A stretch of 64,000 nt of DNA from Eledone cirrhosa (Eukaryota), in NCBI GenBank assembly GCA_964016885.1, contig OZ024741.1:144026001-144090000 (forward strand), read 5' to 3'. Position numbers and translations under genes: made by a program. Positions 30,421 to 42,100 of the stretch are shown one piece after another (position 1 is the first letter of the stretch; the number at the start of each line of letters is the position of its first letter). Under the pieces are notes generated by a model that made no database searches, was not told where the DNA came from, and worked only from the letters and a program-made list of their open reading frames with translations.

Positions 30421-30743
30421 TATAAATGTGTATATATATCATCATCATCATCATCATCACCGTTTTACGTCCGTTCTTCCACGCTAGCATGGGTTAGACG
30501 GGTTGTCCTGTTGTGGGCAGTGTCTGGTCGGCTGACCATGCCTTGCTCATACAGGAACTGATCTGGCTTGATTTCTACAGCTGGATGCCCTTCCTAACAC
30601 CAACCTCATTTACAGTGAGTGCTGGGTGCTTTTTCGTGGCGCCTACACGTCCACTTTACAGTGTGGGCTGGGTGCTTTTTTGCCGTGGCACCTCCACGAC
30701 CACCTTGCGGTGGGGGGGGGGGGGGGCATATTGTTTATATGCT

Positions 30744-33700
30744 TCAGCATGTACCCATGGGAGGTCGGGTACCCTGTATTACTGCGTGACGCCAGAAGTC
30801 ACGGTCGTGTGTCATTGACTTTGAGAGGTGTAGTTGGGTAAGGTCGGCTTTTATCACCTCATCCCAAGTCATCTTGGGTCTCCCCACTCCGCGGTTTCCA
30901 TCAACTTCTAGTGCTCTGCACCTTTTTATGCAGCTGTCATCCTTCATACGCATCACATGTCCATACCAGCGTAACCGCCTCTCCTGCACGCAGCATTTGA
31001 TTCCTCTTATGCTCAGTCTCTCTCTCAATTCATTTATGCTTTGTCGTTCACGTATATTACTGTTACGCATCCATCGGAGCATGCAGGCTTCGTTTCTCTC
31101 TAATCTACGTAAGTCTTCCACCTTCAGCGCCCAGGTCTCACTACCATGCAACATCGCTGTTCGGATACACGCATCATACAGTCTGCCTTTCATTCTGAGG
31201 GAGAAGCCTTTTGCAGCTAGCAGTGGTAGTAGTTCCCTAAACTTCTTCCATCCCGTTCTTACCCTAGTTATTGTACTTTCTGAGCACCCACCTCCGTTGC
31301 TAATTCGGTCACCTAGGTAGCAGAAGCTGTCTACTGTTTCTACAGGGCCCTCCCAGAGATTGGTGGTACTTGTTTCCTGTGGCTGTTTGCTTGCTGTTTC
31401 AGCACAGCTGCTGCATGTGAATCCTACATTCTTAATTAAGCTTCCTGAGATCCCGCTACATCTCTTGTGTACCCATTGTTTGCATTTGGGGCAAAGAATG
31501 GAGTTCCTACCTACACCTTTCCTACATACTGAGCAAGGCCATTTCCCTGAGGGGATCTGGGTTCTGTTTTCTCGTCTACTTATAAGGACCTTAGTCTTTG
31601 TCATGTTGACTTTGAGGCCCTTTCTCTCTAGTCCCTGCTTCCAGGTTTGGAATTTATTCTCTAGTTCTACCATAGATTCAGCTATGAGTGCGAGGTCATC
31701 AGCATACAGGAGTTCCCATGGGCATCCGGTCTTAAACTCCTCCGTTATTGCCTGCAGGACTATGATGAACAGGAGAGGGCTAAGAACAGAGCCCTGGTGG
31801 ACCCCAACCTGTACGCTAAATTCCTCGCTATACTCATTGCCAATCCTAACTTTGCTGACTGCTCCCCTATACATGGCTTGTACCGCTTTCACAAGCCATT
31901 CATCTACTCCTAGTTTTCTAAGAGCCCACCAGATTACTGCACGTGGAACTCTGTCAAAGGCTTTCTCAAGGTCGACAAATGCCAAGTAGAGTGGCTTACT
32001 TTTAGCTAGGTACTTTTCCTGTAATTGCCTCACAAGGAAGAGCGCATCAGTGGTGCCTTTCCCTGGTACAAACCCAAATTGCATCTCGTCTATATTCACC
32101 CGGTCCCTAATCAGCTGTGCTATAACTCTTTCTGTTACTTTCATGACCTGGTCCATCAACTTTATACCTCTATAGTTTCCTCTATCTAGTGCATCGCCTT
32201 TACCTTTGTAGCAGTTGACAATGATGCTACTGCACCAATCTTTTGGTATGGCCCCCTCTAGTATTACCTGGTTAACGATACGTGTGGTTATAGTGTGACC
32301 TACAGACCCAGATGCCTTCAGCATCTCGGCAGCTATACCCGATGGACCGGTTGCCTTCCCTACCTTCATATCTCTGATTGCCTTACTTACTACGCTGCCG
32401 CTGACTTGTACTGCTGGTCCCTCTATAGGGTCTACGTGGGGTAGGGTCTCTTCTTCCCATGCATTCTCCTCATTTAGTAATCTATCATAATGACTCTTCC
32501 ATGCATCTTTCTTCTCAGCACTTGTGAGGGCAAGCTCACCTTTATCATTCCGGATACACTTCTCTCCAATGACATCACAACTATCTCTGACACACTGCCT
32601 CGCAATCTTGAATACCTCCTGTTTCTGGTCCTCACGTTGTAAAACATGCTTGAATTTTCTATCCTCTGCTTCCCTCCTAGCTAAGTATACTTGTCGCCTA
32701 GCTTCCCTCTTGGTCTCTATGTAATGTACCCTGCTCTCCCCGTTCTTCCATTCTTTCCATGCCTGTCTCTTGGCCTTGACTGCTTCATCTACCTTATTGT
32801 TCCACCACCAAGTCACTCTCCTCCTGCTTGAGGTCTTACTCCAGCCACAAACCTCATCCGTCGCCTCTAGTAAGTTATTTTTTAGGAACTCCCAGTTCTC
32901 TTCTACGTTAAATGTCTCTATCTGTTCTTCTTTACTGTCGTAGGCGTTGAGTAAAATATCTTTAAATCTGTTACTGGTTGAGGGGACTTTCAGCTTCCAG
33001 ATCTTTCTTCTCCAGGTTGGCCTCTGTTTCAGGGCTCGTCTAGTTCTGACCGTGAGGTCGCTGACAACTAAGCTATGTTGGGATGTACATTCCTCACTAG
33101 GGAAGGCTTTTGTGTTTACGACCGTCCATCTGTCACGTCCTCTGATGAGGATAAAATCTAACTGACTAGAGTGCTCCCCTGATCTATAGGTGATCAGGTG
33201 GTTGTCGGGTTTTTTAAAGTTTGTGTTACATATCGACATGTCATTGGCGTCGCAGAATTCTAGAAGTCTGAATCCTTCCTCATTCCTTGTGCCAACTCCA
33301 TGGCCTCCATGTACTCTATTGAAACCGTCGCAGTGTTTACCTACGTGTCCGTTAAAATCTCCTGCAATGATTAGGAAGTCCTTGTCGTCTGTTAGAGCAG
33401 TAGTGTGTATTAGGGACTCGTAAAACCTATCCTTAAGTTCGTCTGGCAGCCCCGATTGGGGTGCGTAAGCTGATATTATTGTGGTAATTGTCTTATTCAG
33501 GACTAGTCTGAGTTTAATGATTCTTGCATTTACCCTGTACACTGAGATTACTTTATCTACCCACTTGTCAGCTAATAGTATACCTACACCACCCATCCCA
33601 TCGTCATTTCCCACCCAGAAAAATTTGTAGCACTGGCTTTTTCCTACAAGGACTCTAGCAGACCCTCCTCTCCATCTAGTCTCTTGCACACAGCATACAT

Positions 33701-33863
33701 CAACTTCCTTTCGCTCTAGCATTTCTACGATTTCTCCTGCTCTTCCTTTCATTGAGCCTACATTGATGGTACCAACTCGGAGTTTTGGGCATTTGTCGAC
33801 ACTCGTAGGGGAGGGTCTCTGGGTTGGCGCTTCACGTGGGTGCTTGGTAGCTCGCAGATTCAT
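30744..33863 (-). CDS. RTE ORF: AP endonuclease + reverse transcriptase with PHD-like finger, intact 1039 aa
   Basis: GTINVG, CCVQETRW, SAYAPQ, AGDFNGH, QLDFI, SQH (APE); [30 protein letters not shown] (RT). Confidence 0.96.
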   Translation of the reverse strand: MNLRATKHPREAPTQRPSPTSVDKCPKLRVGTINVGSMKGRAGEIVEMLERKEVDVCCVQETRWRGGSARVLVGKSQCYKFFWVGNDDGMGGVGILLADKWVDKVISVYRVNARIIKLRLVLNKTITTIISAYAPQSGLPDELKDRFYESLIHTTALTDDKDFLIIAGDFNGHVGKHCDGFNRVHGGHGVGTRNEEGFRLLEFCDANDMSICNTNFKKPDNHLITYRSGEHSSQLDFILIRGRDRWTVVNTKAFPSEECTSQHSLVVSDLTVRTRRALKQRPTWRRKIWKLKVPSTSNRFKDILLNAYDSKEEQIETFNVEENWEFLKNNLLEATDEVCGWSKTSSRRRVTWWWNNKVDEAVKAKRQAWKEWKNGESRVHYIETKREARRQVYLARREAEDRKFKHVLQREDQKQEVFKIARQCVRDSCDVIGEKCIRNDKGELALTSAEKKDAWKSHYDRLLNEENAWEEETLPHVDPIEGPAVQVSGSVVSKAIRDMKVGKATGPSGIAAEMLKASGSVGHTITTRIVNQVILEGAIPKDWCSSIIVNCYKGKGDALDRGNYRGIKLMDQVMKVTERVIAQLIRDRVNIDEMQFGFVPGKGTTDALFLVRQLQEKYLAKSKPLYLAFVDLEKAFDRVPRAVIWWALRKLGVDEWLVKAVQAMYRGAVSKVRIGNEYSEEFSVQVGVHQGSVLSPLLFIIVLQAITEEFKTGCPWELLYADDLALIAESMVELENKFQTWKQGLERKGLKVNMTKTKVLISRRENRTQIPSGKWPCSVCRKGVGRNSILCPKCKQWVHKRCSGISGSLIKNVGFTCSSCAETASKQPQETSTTNLWEGPVETVDSFCYLGDRISNGGGCSESTITRVRTGWKKFRELLPLLAAKGFSLRMKGRLYDACIRTAMLHGSETWALKVEDLRRLERNEACMLRWMRNSNIRERQSINELRERLSIRGIKCCVQERRLRWYGHVMRMKDDSCIKRCRALEVDGNRGVGRPKMTWDEVIKADLTQLHLSKSMTHDRDFWRHAVIQGTRPPMGTC

Positions 33864-34109
33864 ATTTCATCTATTGATTCAGAGTTGCTCGTGTATTCCC
33901 AGCTCATCCATCCATAACGGTGGGAAAATTGAGGGCTAGAAGGACAGTGGTGGTGGGGTAATGGCAGGGTGTGTTGGGATGCGCCAGAGGAGGAGAGAGT
34001 TAGTTAGGCAGGTAGTAGCAGCAGCAGCAGTGGAAATGGCATGCTAGGTTTGATTGGTCGAATAGACTATGGTGGTGTGTGGGGGTGGGGGGGGAGGGAA
34101 ATTGTGAGG

Positions 34110-35328
34110 TAGGAACTGAGGGTCGCATGGTAAATATCCAAGTTAATACTACATCAGTAAAATTAACAATAATAACGTCATGAAAAAAGCTACTAAGAGA
34201 AACCCTCGAAAATTTATCGCTAATACAGCAGGGAAAATTTAACGCTAATACAGCAGGGAACATCATAATATTAACGACAATATGTAGGCTAAAATACCTT
34301 CGTAGATGGCTGGCTGGGAAAATTGGAATCAGCTCTAGTGGTACATTTTAGCAGAGAAGAATGGGAAAGTGTCTTATCTCTTCAATATTTTCAGATTGAA
34401 TGAATTAGGTTAAAGACAGGGTAGTAAGCCTTAAAGAAGTGCATAGAGAGGGGGGGGGGGTAGGAACTGAGGGTCGCATGGTAAATAACTGAGAGAGATA
34501 CAATAGGATTAGAATACCGCATGGTAAATATCCAAGTTAATAAGTTAATACTACATCAGTAAAATTAACAATAATAACGTCATGAAAAAAGCTACTAAGA
34601 GAAACCCTCGAAAATTTATCGCTAATACAGCAGGGAAAATTTAACGCTAATACAGCAGGGAACATCATAATATTAATGACAATATGTAGGCTAAAATACC
34701 TTCGTAGATTAGATGGATGGCTGGCTGGGAAAATTGGAATCAGCTCTAGTGGTACATTTTAGCAGAGAAGAATGGGAAAGTGTCTTATCTCTTCAATATT
34801 TTCAGATTGAATGAATTAGGTTAAAGACAGGGTAGTAAGCCTTAAAGAAGTGCATAGAGAGGGGGGGGGGGTAGGATTTGAGGGTCGCATGGTAAATAAC
34901 TGAGAGAGATACAATAGGATTAGAATACCGCATGGTAAATATCCAAGTTAATAAGTTAATACTACATCAGTAAAATTAACAATAATAACGTCATGAAAAA
35001 AGCTACTAAGAGAAACCCTCGAAAATTTATCGCTAATACAGCAGGGAAAATTTAACGCTAATACAGCAGGGAACATCATAATATTAACGACAATATGTAG
35101 GCTAAAATGCCTTCGTAGATGGCTGGCTGGGAAAATTGGAATCAGCTCTAGTGGTACATTTTAGCAGAGAAGAATGGGAAAGTGTCTTATCTCTTCAATA
35201 TTTTCAGATTGAATGAATTAGGTTAAAGACAGGGTAGTAAGCCTTAAAGAAGTGCATAGAGAGGGGGGGGGGTAGGAACTGAGGGTCGCATGGTAAATAA
35301 CTGAGAGAGATACAATAGGATTAGAATA
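34110..35328 (-). repeat. tandem ~400-410-bp 5' monomers of RTE-B
   Basis: TAGGAACTGAGGGTCGCATGG (one variant) recurs at 34110, 34461, 34872 and 35273; last unit split by RTE-A. Confidence 0.93.
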
Positions 35329-35723
35329 TCATCATCATCATCATCAACGTTTAACGTCCGTGTTCCACGCTTGCATGGGTTTGGACGGGGGTAGTCCCAC
35401 TTGAGGCAAGAGTGATTGTCTTGCTCGCATAGGACTGTCTGGCAGGTTTTCTACAGTTGGATGCCCTTCCTAACACCAACCACATTTACAGTGTGGGTCT
35501 GGGAGGTTTTTACCGTGTTGCCTACACGGCCACATTACAGCGTGGACTGTGTGTTTTTTTGTCGTGACACCTACACGATCTCATTTGTTTCGGCCTCGAT
35601 GGCGCGGCACCAACATAACTTTACATAGAACGGGGTGGTGTGGATGGGGTGGGGGTGGGGGTGGTGGGACGGGGTGTATTTTGTTAGAGATGCCTACTGG
35701 CTGGAGTAGGTTTTACTATATAT

Positions 35724-38700
35724 TTAGGTAAGGCGGGTCTTCTCTGTTACTGAGTACCGCCAAAGGTCTCGGTCCAGTGACATTGTCTTGGAGAGGTGTA
35801 AGTGTGTGATGTCGGAGTTTATCAGCTCGTCCCAGGTTTTTCTAGGTCTGCCTATTCCGTGACTACCGTCTATCTTTATTGCCCTGCACTTTGTTATACA
35901 GCTATCGACTTTCATGCGCATCACGTGTCCATACCAACGTAGCCTTCTCTCGAGTAAACAACATCTGATCCCTCTTATCTCTAATTTTTTCCTTAGTTCG
36001 TTTATGCTTTGCCGTTCACGTATATTACTGTTACACATCCAGCGGAGCATGCAAGCTTCGTTCCTCTCTAGTCTGCGTATATCCTCTGCACACAATGCCC
36101 AGGTCTCACTGCCATGCAGCATTGCTGTTCGTATGCAGGCATCGTACAACCTGCCTTTCATTTTTAGTGAGAACCCTTTAGCAGCTAATAGTGGTATAAG
36201 CTCTCTGAACTTTTTCCAACCAGTTCTGACTCTAGCTACAGTACTTTCAGAGCACCCTCCCCCACTGCTGATTTTATCGCCCAGGTAACGGAAGCTGTCC
36301 ACTATTTCTATAGAACCCTCTGCGCAATTGAAAGAGCTAGTAGTTTGTGGGCACTTGCTGTTACTTATTGCACCAGAGCACCGGCCACATGTAAAATCTA
36401 TGTTCTTAGTTAGCTTACCTGTGATCCCACTACATCTTTTATGCACCCATACTTTGCATTTAGGACATAAAATGGAGTTTCTACCTACGCCTTTCCTACA
36501 CACCGAGCACGACCATTTCCCAGAAGGGACCGCCGCCTTGTTTTCTTTCCTACAAACTAGTACTTTGGTCTTAGCCAGGTTAATTTTAAGTCCTTTTGAC
36601 TCTAGGCCGTGCTTCCATGTTTGGAATTTCTTCTCTAGCTCGGCCATTGATTCCGCTATGAGTGAGAGGGTCGTCTGCGTATAGGAGTTCCCATGGGCAG
36701 CCTGTCTTGAACTCCTCTGTTATAGCCTGAAGGGCAATAATAAATAGTAGTGGACTGAGAACAGAGCCCTGATGGACGCCAACTTTTACGCTAAACTCTT
36801 CACTATATTCGTTGTTAATTCTAACCTTGCTGACTGTTTCTTTATACATGGCTTGTATAGCCCTCACAAGCCATTCGTCAACGCCTAGTTTTCTAAGAGC
36901 CCACCAGATAATGGAGCGGGGGACTCTGTCGAAGGCTTTCTCCAAGTCGACAAAAGCTAAGTAGAGGGGTTTACCTTTAGCTAGGTACTTCTCCTGTAGT
37001 TGTCGTACTATGAAAAGAGCGTCTGTGGTACTTTTGCCTGACACAAACCCGAACTGCATTTCATCTAGGTCAATTCTCTCTCTGATTAGTTGCGCTATTA
37101 CTCTTTCCGTGACCTTCATGACCTGGTCGATTAATTTAATGCCTCTATAGTTACTGCTATCTAGGGCGTCTCCTTTACCCTTATAACAGTTAACGATGAT
37201 GCTGCTATGCCAGTCCTTCGGAACAACCCCATTCTGTATGACTTGGTTAACTATGCGGGTGACCATGGTGTGTCCCACCGTGCCAGATGCCTTCAGCATC
37301 TCAGCAACTATTTCCGAAGGCCCAGCCGCCTTACCAGTCTTCATATCCTTGATTGCCTTACTTATTATACTCCCCTCGACTAACACTGCTGGTCCCTCTA
37401 TTGGGTCGATATGGGGGAGACTGCCTTTCTCCCAATTATTCTCCTCATTTAGAAGCCTTTCATAGTGACACTTCCAAGCTACCTTCTTATCAGCGTCGGT
37501 GATGGCAAGTGTGCCATCGTCGTTTAGTACACACTTCTCCCCGACAATATCACGGTTTTCCTTGACGCATTGCCTAGCAATCCTGAACACCTCACGTTTT
37601 TGGTCATCGCGTTGTAGAACATGCTTGAACTTTCTTTCCTCAGCTTCCCTTCTTGCTAAGTACACTTGTCTCCTAGCTTCCCTCCTGGCCACTTGATAGT
37701 CCTCTCTACTTCCCCCATCCCGCCATACTTTCCAAGCCTGCTTTTTGGCCTTAATTGACCCCTCCACCTTACTGTTCCACCACCATGTTACTCTCCTCCT
37801 GCCTACAGGCCTGCTCCAGCCACAGACCTCGTCTGTCGCCAACAGCAGGTTTGCTTTCAGAAATTCCCACTCTCCCTCTATATTGTCCGACTCTAAATGT
37901 TCTTCCTTACTGTCGAAAGCATCAAGTAATATGCTTTGAAATTTATTCCTGGCTGTGGGGTCCTTTAGCTTCCATATTTTCCTCCTGAGGATAGTCCTCT
38001 TCTGTTGTCGAGTACGTCTCGTCCTGACTATGAGGTCGCTAATTATCAGTCTATGTTGGGAGGTGCATTCTTCATGGGGGAGGGATTTAGTGTTAACAGA
38101 CACTCTGTCACGTCTTCTGGTAAGGATATAATCTACCTGGCTTGTGTGTTCCCCGGATCTATAGGTGATCAGGTGATTGTCACGTTTTTTGAAGTTAGTG
38201 TTACAGATAGTTAGGTTATTTGCATCACAGAATTCCAGGATTCTGGAGCCTTCCTCATTTCTAGTACCAAACCCATAGCCTCCATGGATTTCGTCGTAGC
38301 CGTCACAATGTTGTCCAACGTGACCATTTAGGTCGCCTGCGATAATTATATAGTCACTGTCGGATATTTGGGAGGTAGTTAGCATCAGTGTCTCATAGAA
38401 TCTGTCTTTTATAGTGCCGGGCAGTCCGGATTGGGGTGCGTACGCAGATATTACTGTCACCGTAGTTCTATTGAGGACAAGTCGTATTTTAATTATTCTG
38501 TCGTTCACTCTATTTACGTCTATTATCTTATCTGCCCACTTTTCTGCTACCATGATTCCTACTCCACCCAGCCCATCGTCGTTTCCCACCCAGAAAAGCT
38601 TATAACAACGTTTTTTACCCTCAATGAACCTAGCAGACCCACCCCTCCACCTGGTCTCTTGAATACAACAAACATCGACCTCCTTACGTTCAAGCATTTC

Positions 38701-38892
38701 TACAACCTCGTTAGCGCGACCCTTTAGGGTGCCTACATTTATGGTACCAACTCTGAAGTTTTGGATTGCGTTTGGGGGTTGGGGGCGGTGAGGGGCGGGG
38801 GGCGATGGGGTTATGTTAGCCGTCCGCGGTCGAAACAATGAGGAGTGCTCGCATTCTCGTCCAAGGGGTGAATTTGTCTTTATCTTTGGCAT
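35724..38892 (-). pseudogene. RTE-A ORF (APE + RT + PHD-like finger) with one frameshift just after YADD
   Basis: ORF-track pieces 36586-39162 and 35724-36647; GTGAGAGGGTCGTC vs GTGTCAGGTCGTC in intact copies near 36665; probable start MPKIK at 38892. Confidence 0.9.
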
Positions 38893-39013
38893 TGTCGCTG
38901 AGCGTCCAGATTTTTCTCTCTCACCTCCACTCTCCAGGATTCCGCAGTCCATCCATCCATCATATATCGTATATCGAAAGGCAACCAGGCAAGCGATAGT
39001 ATAGGCCTCTGGT

Positions 39014-39082
39014 TTCTGATTGGTCCGCGTAATAATACTGGTGATGCGTGGGGGCTCTGTTTTATGATTGGTCCACGTAATA
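39014..39082 (-). promoter_or_regulatory. two CCAAT-box repeats in RTE-A unique 5'UTR
   Basis: GATTGGTCC(G/A)CGTAATA twice; RTE-B has GATTGGTC at a similar position (~34053). Confidence 0.4.
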
Positions 39083-39122
39083 GCAATGGTGGTGTGTGGT
39101 GGTGTGTGGGAGGGGTGTTGGG

Positions 39123-42100
39123 TAGCTAGCAAGAAGGTAATGATTGAGCGGGGTCCATGCATTTAACAAGCGATTAACAAAAATACAAAATTTGTTCTGT
39201 TAAATACGTCCAAAAACCCTACGTATTTAGCACTTAATAGAAACAGAAAATGTAGTTTGTTTTAGCGATAGATTTGGACTTGATACGAAATATGGATTGT
39301 TTTGAAAATACGCTAGGAGAGAGAGAGAGAGAGATGAAGTCTGTACATTACGTTCACATGAATTTCGTTGGGACAGCAAGCAATGAAATGAAATTTGGCG
39401 AAGTGAATTCCTATCATATATTTATAGGGAGAGAGAGAGAGAGTGAGAGAGAGCGAGGGTAGGGGGCCACATGATGGCTGTGGGTGGGTGTTAGGCGTTT
39501 GACCGCCCCGTGCCTTCGAAGAAGGAAGAAGGAAAGGATTTTGCTTTTTTGTTTTGAAGATACGCTAGAATTAGGGATTGGGGTTTGAAAATACGTTAGG
39601 AATTAAGGTTTGAAAATAGCTAGCAAGAAGGTAATGATTGAGCGGGGTCCATGCATTTAACAAGCGATTAACAAAAATACAAAATTTGTTCTGTTAAATA
39701 CGTCCAAAAACCCTACGTATTTAGCACTTAATAGAAACAGAAAATGTAGTTTGTTTTAGCGATAGATTTGGACTTGATACGAAATATGGATTGTTTTGAA
39801 AATACGCTAGGAGAGAGAGAGAGAGAGATGAAGTCTGTACATTACGTTCACATGAATTTCGTTGGGACAGCAAGCAATGAAATGAAATTTGGCGAAGTGA
39901 ATTCCTATCATATATTTATAGGGAGAGAGAGAGAGAGTGAGAGAGAGCGAGGGTAGGGGGCCACATGATGGCTGTGGGTGGGTGTTAGGCGTTTGACCGC
40001 CCCGTGCCTTCGAAGAAGGAAGAAGGAAAGGATTTTGCTTTTTTGTTTTGAAGATACGCTAGAATTAGGGATTGGGGTTTGAAAATACGTTAGGAATTAA
40101 GGTTTGAAAATAGCTAGCAAGAAGGTAATGATTGAGCGGGGTCCATGCATTTAACAAGCGATTAACAAAAATACAAAATTTGTTCTGTTAAATACGTCCA
40201 AAAACCCTACGTATTTAGCACTTAATAGAAACAGAAAATGTAGTTTGTTTTAGCGATAGATTTGGACTTGATACGAAATATGGATTGTTTTGAAAATACG
40301 CTAGGAGAGAGAGAGAGAGAGATGAAGTCTGTACATTACGTTCACATGAATTTCGTTGGGACAGCAAGCAATGAAATGAAATTTGGCGAAGTGAATTCCT
40401 ATCATATATTTATAGGGAGAGAGAGAGAGAGTGAGAGAGAGCGAGGGTAGGGGGCCACATGATGGCTGTGGGTGGGTGTTAGGCGTTTGACCGCCCCGTG
40501 CCTTCGAAGAAGGAAGAAGGAAAGGATTTTGCTTTTTTTGTTTTGAAGATACGCTAGAATTAGGGATTGGGGTTTGAAAATACGTTAGGAATTAAGGTTT
40601 GAAAATAGCTAGCAAGAAGGTAATGATTGAGCGGGGTCCATGCATTTAACAAGCGATTAACAAAAATACAAAATTTGTTCTGTTAAATACGTCCAAAAAC
40701 CCTACGTATTTAGCACTTAATAGAAACAGAAAATGTAGTTTGTTTTAGCGATAGATTTGGACTTGATACGAAATATGGATTGTTTTGAAAATACGCTAGG
40801 AGAGAGAGAGAGAGAGATGAAGTCTGTACATTACGTTCACATGAATTTCGTTGGGACAGCAAGCAATGAAATGAAATTTGGCGAAGTGAATTCCTATCAT
40901 ATATTTATAGGGAGAGAGAGAGAGAGTGAGAGAGAGCGAGGGTAGGGGGCCACATGATGGCTGTGGGTGGGTGTTAGGCGTTTGACCGCCCCGTGCCTTC
41001 GAAGAAGGAAGAAGGAAAGGATTTTGCTTTTTTGTTTTGAAGATACGCTAGAATTAGGGATTGGGGTTTGAAAATACGTTAGGAATTAAGGTTTGAAAAT
41101 AGCTAGCAAGAAGGTAATGATTGAGCGGGGTCCATGCATTTAACAAGCGATTAACAAAAATACAAAATTTGTTCTGTTAAATACGTCCAAAAACCCTACG
41201 TATTTAGCACTTAATAGAAACAGAAAATGTAGTTTGTTTTAGCGATAGATTTGGACTTGATACGAAATATGGATTGTTTTGAAAATACGCTAGGAGAGAG
41301 AGAGAGAGAGAGATGAAGTCTGTACATTACGTTCACATGAATTTCGTTGGGACAGCAAGCAATGAAATGAAATTTGGCGAAGTGAATTCCTATCATATAT
41401 TTATAGGGAGAGAGAGAGAGAGTGAGAGAGAGCGAGGGTAGGGGGCCACATGATGGCTGTGGGTGGGTGTTAGGCGTTTGACCGCCCCGTGCCTTCGAAG
41501 AAGGAAGAAGGAAAGGATTTTGCTTTTTTGTTTTGAAGATACGCTAGAATTAGGGATTGGGGTTTGAAAATACGTTAGGAATTAAGGTTTGAAAATAGCT
41601 AGCAAGAAGGTAATGATTGAGCGGGGTCCATGCATTTAACAAGCGATTAACAAAAATACAAAATTTGTTCTGTTAAATACGTCCAAAAACCCTACGTATT
41701 TAGCACTTAATAGAAACAGAAAATGTAGTTTGTTTTAGCGATAGATTTGGACTTGATACGAAATATGGATTGTTTTGAAAATACGCTAGGAGAGAGAGAG
41801 AGAGAGATGAAGTCTGTACATTACGTTCACATGTGAATTTCGTTGGGACAGCAAGCAATGAAATGAAATTTGGCGAAGTGAATTCCTATCATATATTTAT
41901 AGGGAGAGAGAGAGAGAGTGAGAGAGAGCGAGGGTAGGGGGCCACATGATGGCTGTGGGTGGGTGTTAGGCGTTTGACCGCCCCGTGCCTTCGAAGAAGG
42001 AAGAAGGAAAGGATTTTGCTTTTTTGTTTTGAAGATACGCTAGAATTAGGGATTGGGGTTTGAAAATACGTTAGGAATTAAGGTTTGAAAATAGCTAGCA

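Larger units (their letters stand above)
30439..35328 (-). mobile_element. full-length RTE family B (main part; 5' end continues at 49126-49247)
   Basis: (CAT)n tail, 3'UTR, intact ORF, 5'UTR with CCAAT box and ~400-bp monomers. Confidence 0.95.

Noticed and set aside
30874-33423. Antisense ORFs over RTE coding regions (also at 21-22, 36-38 and 61-63 kb)
   Set aside because: Shadow frames of the RT ORF with no independent motifs.
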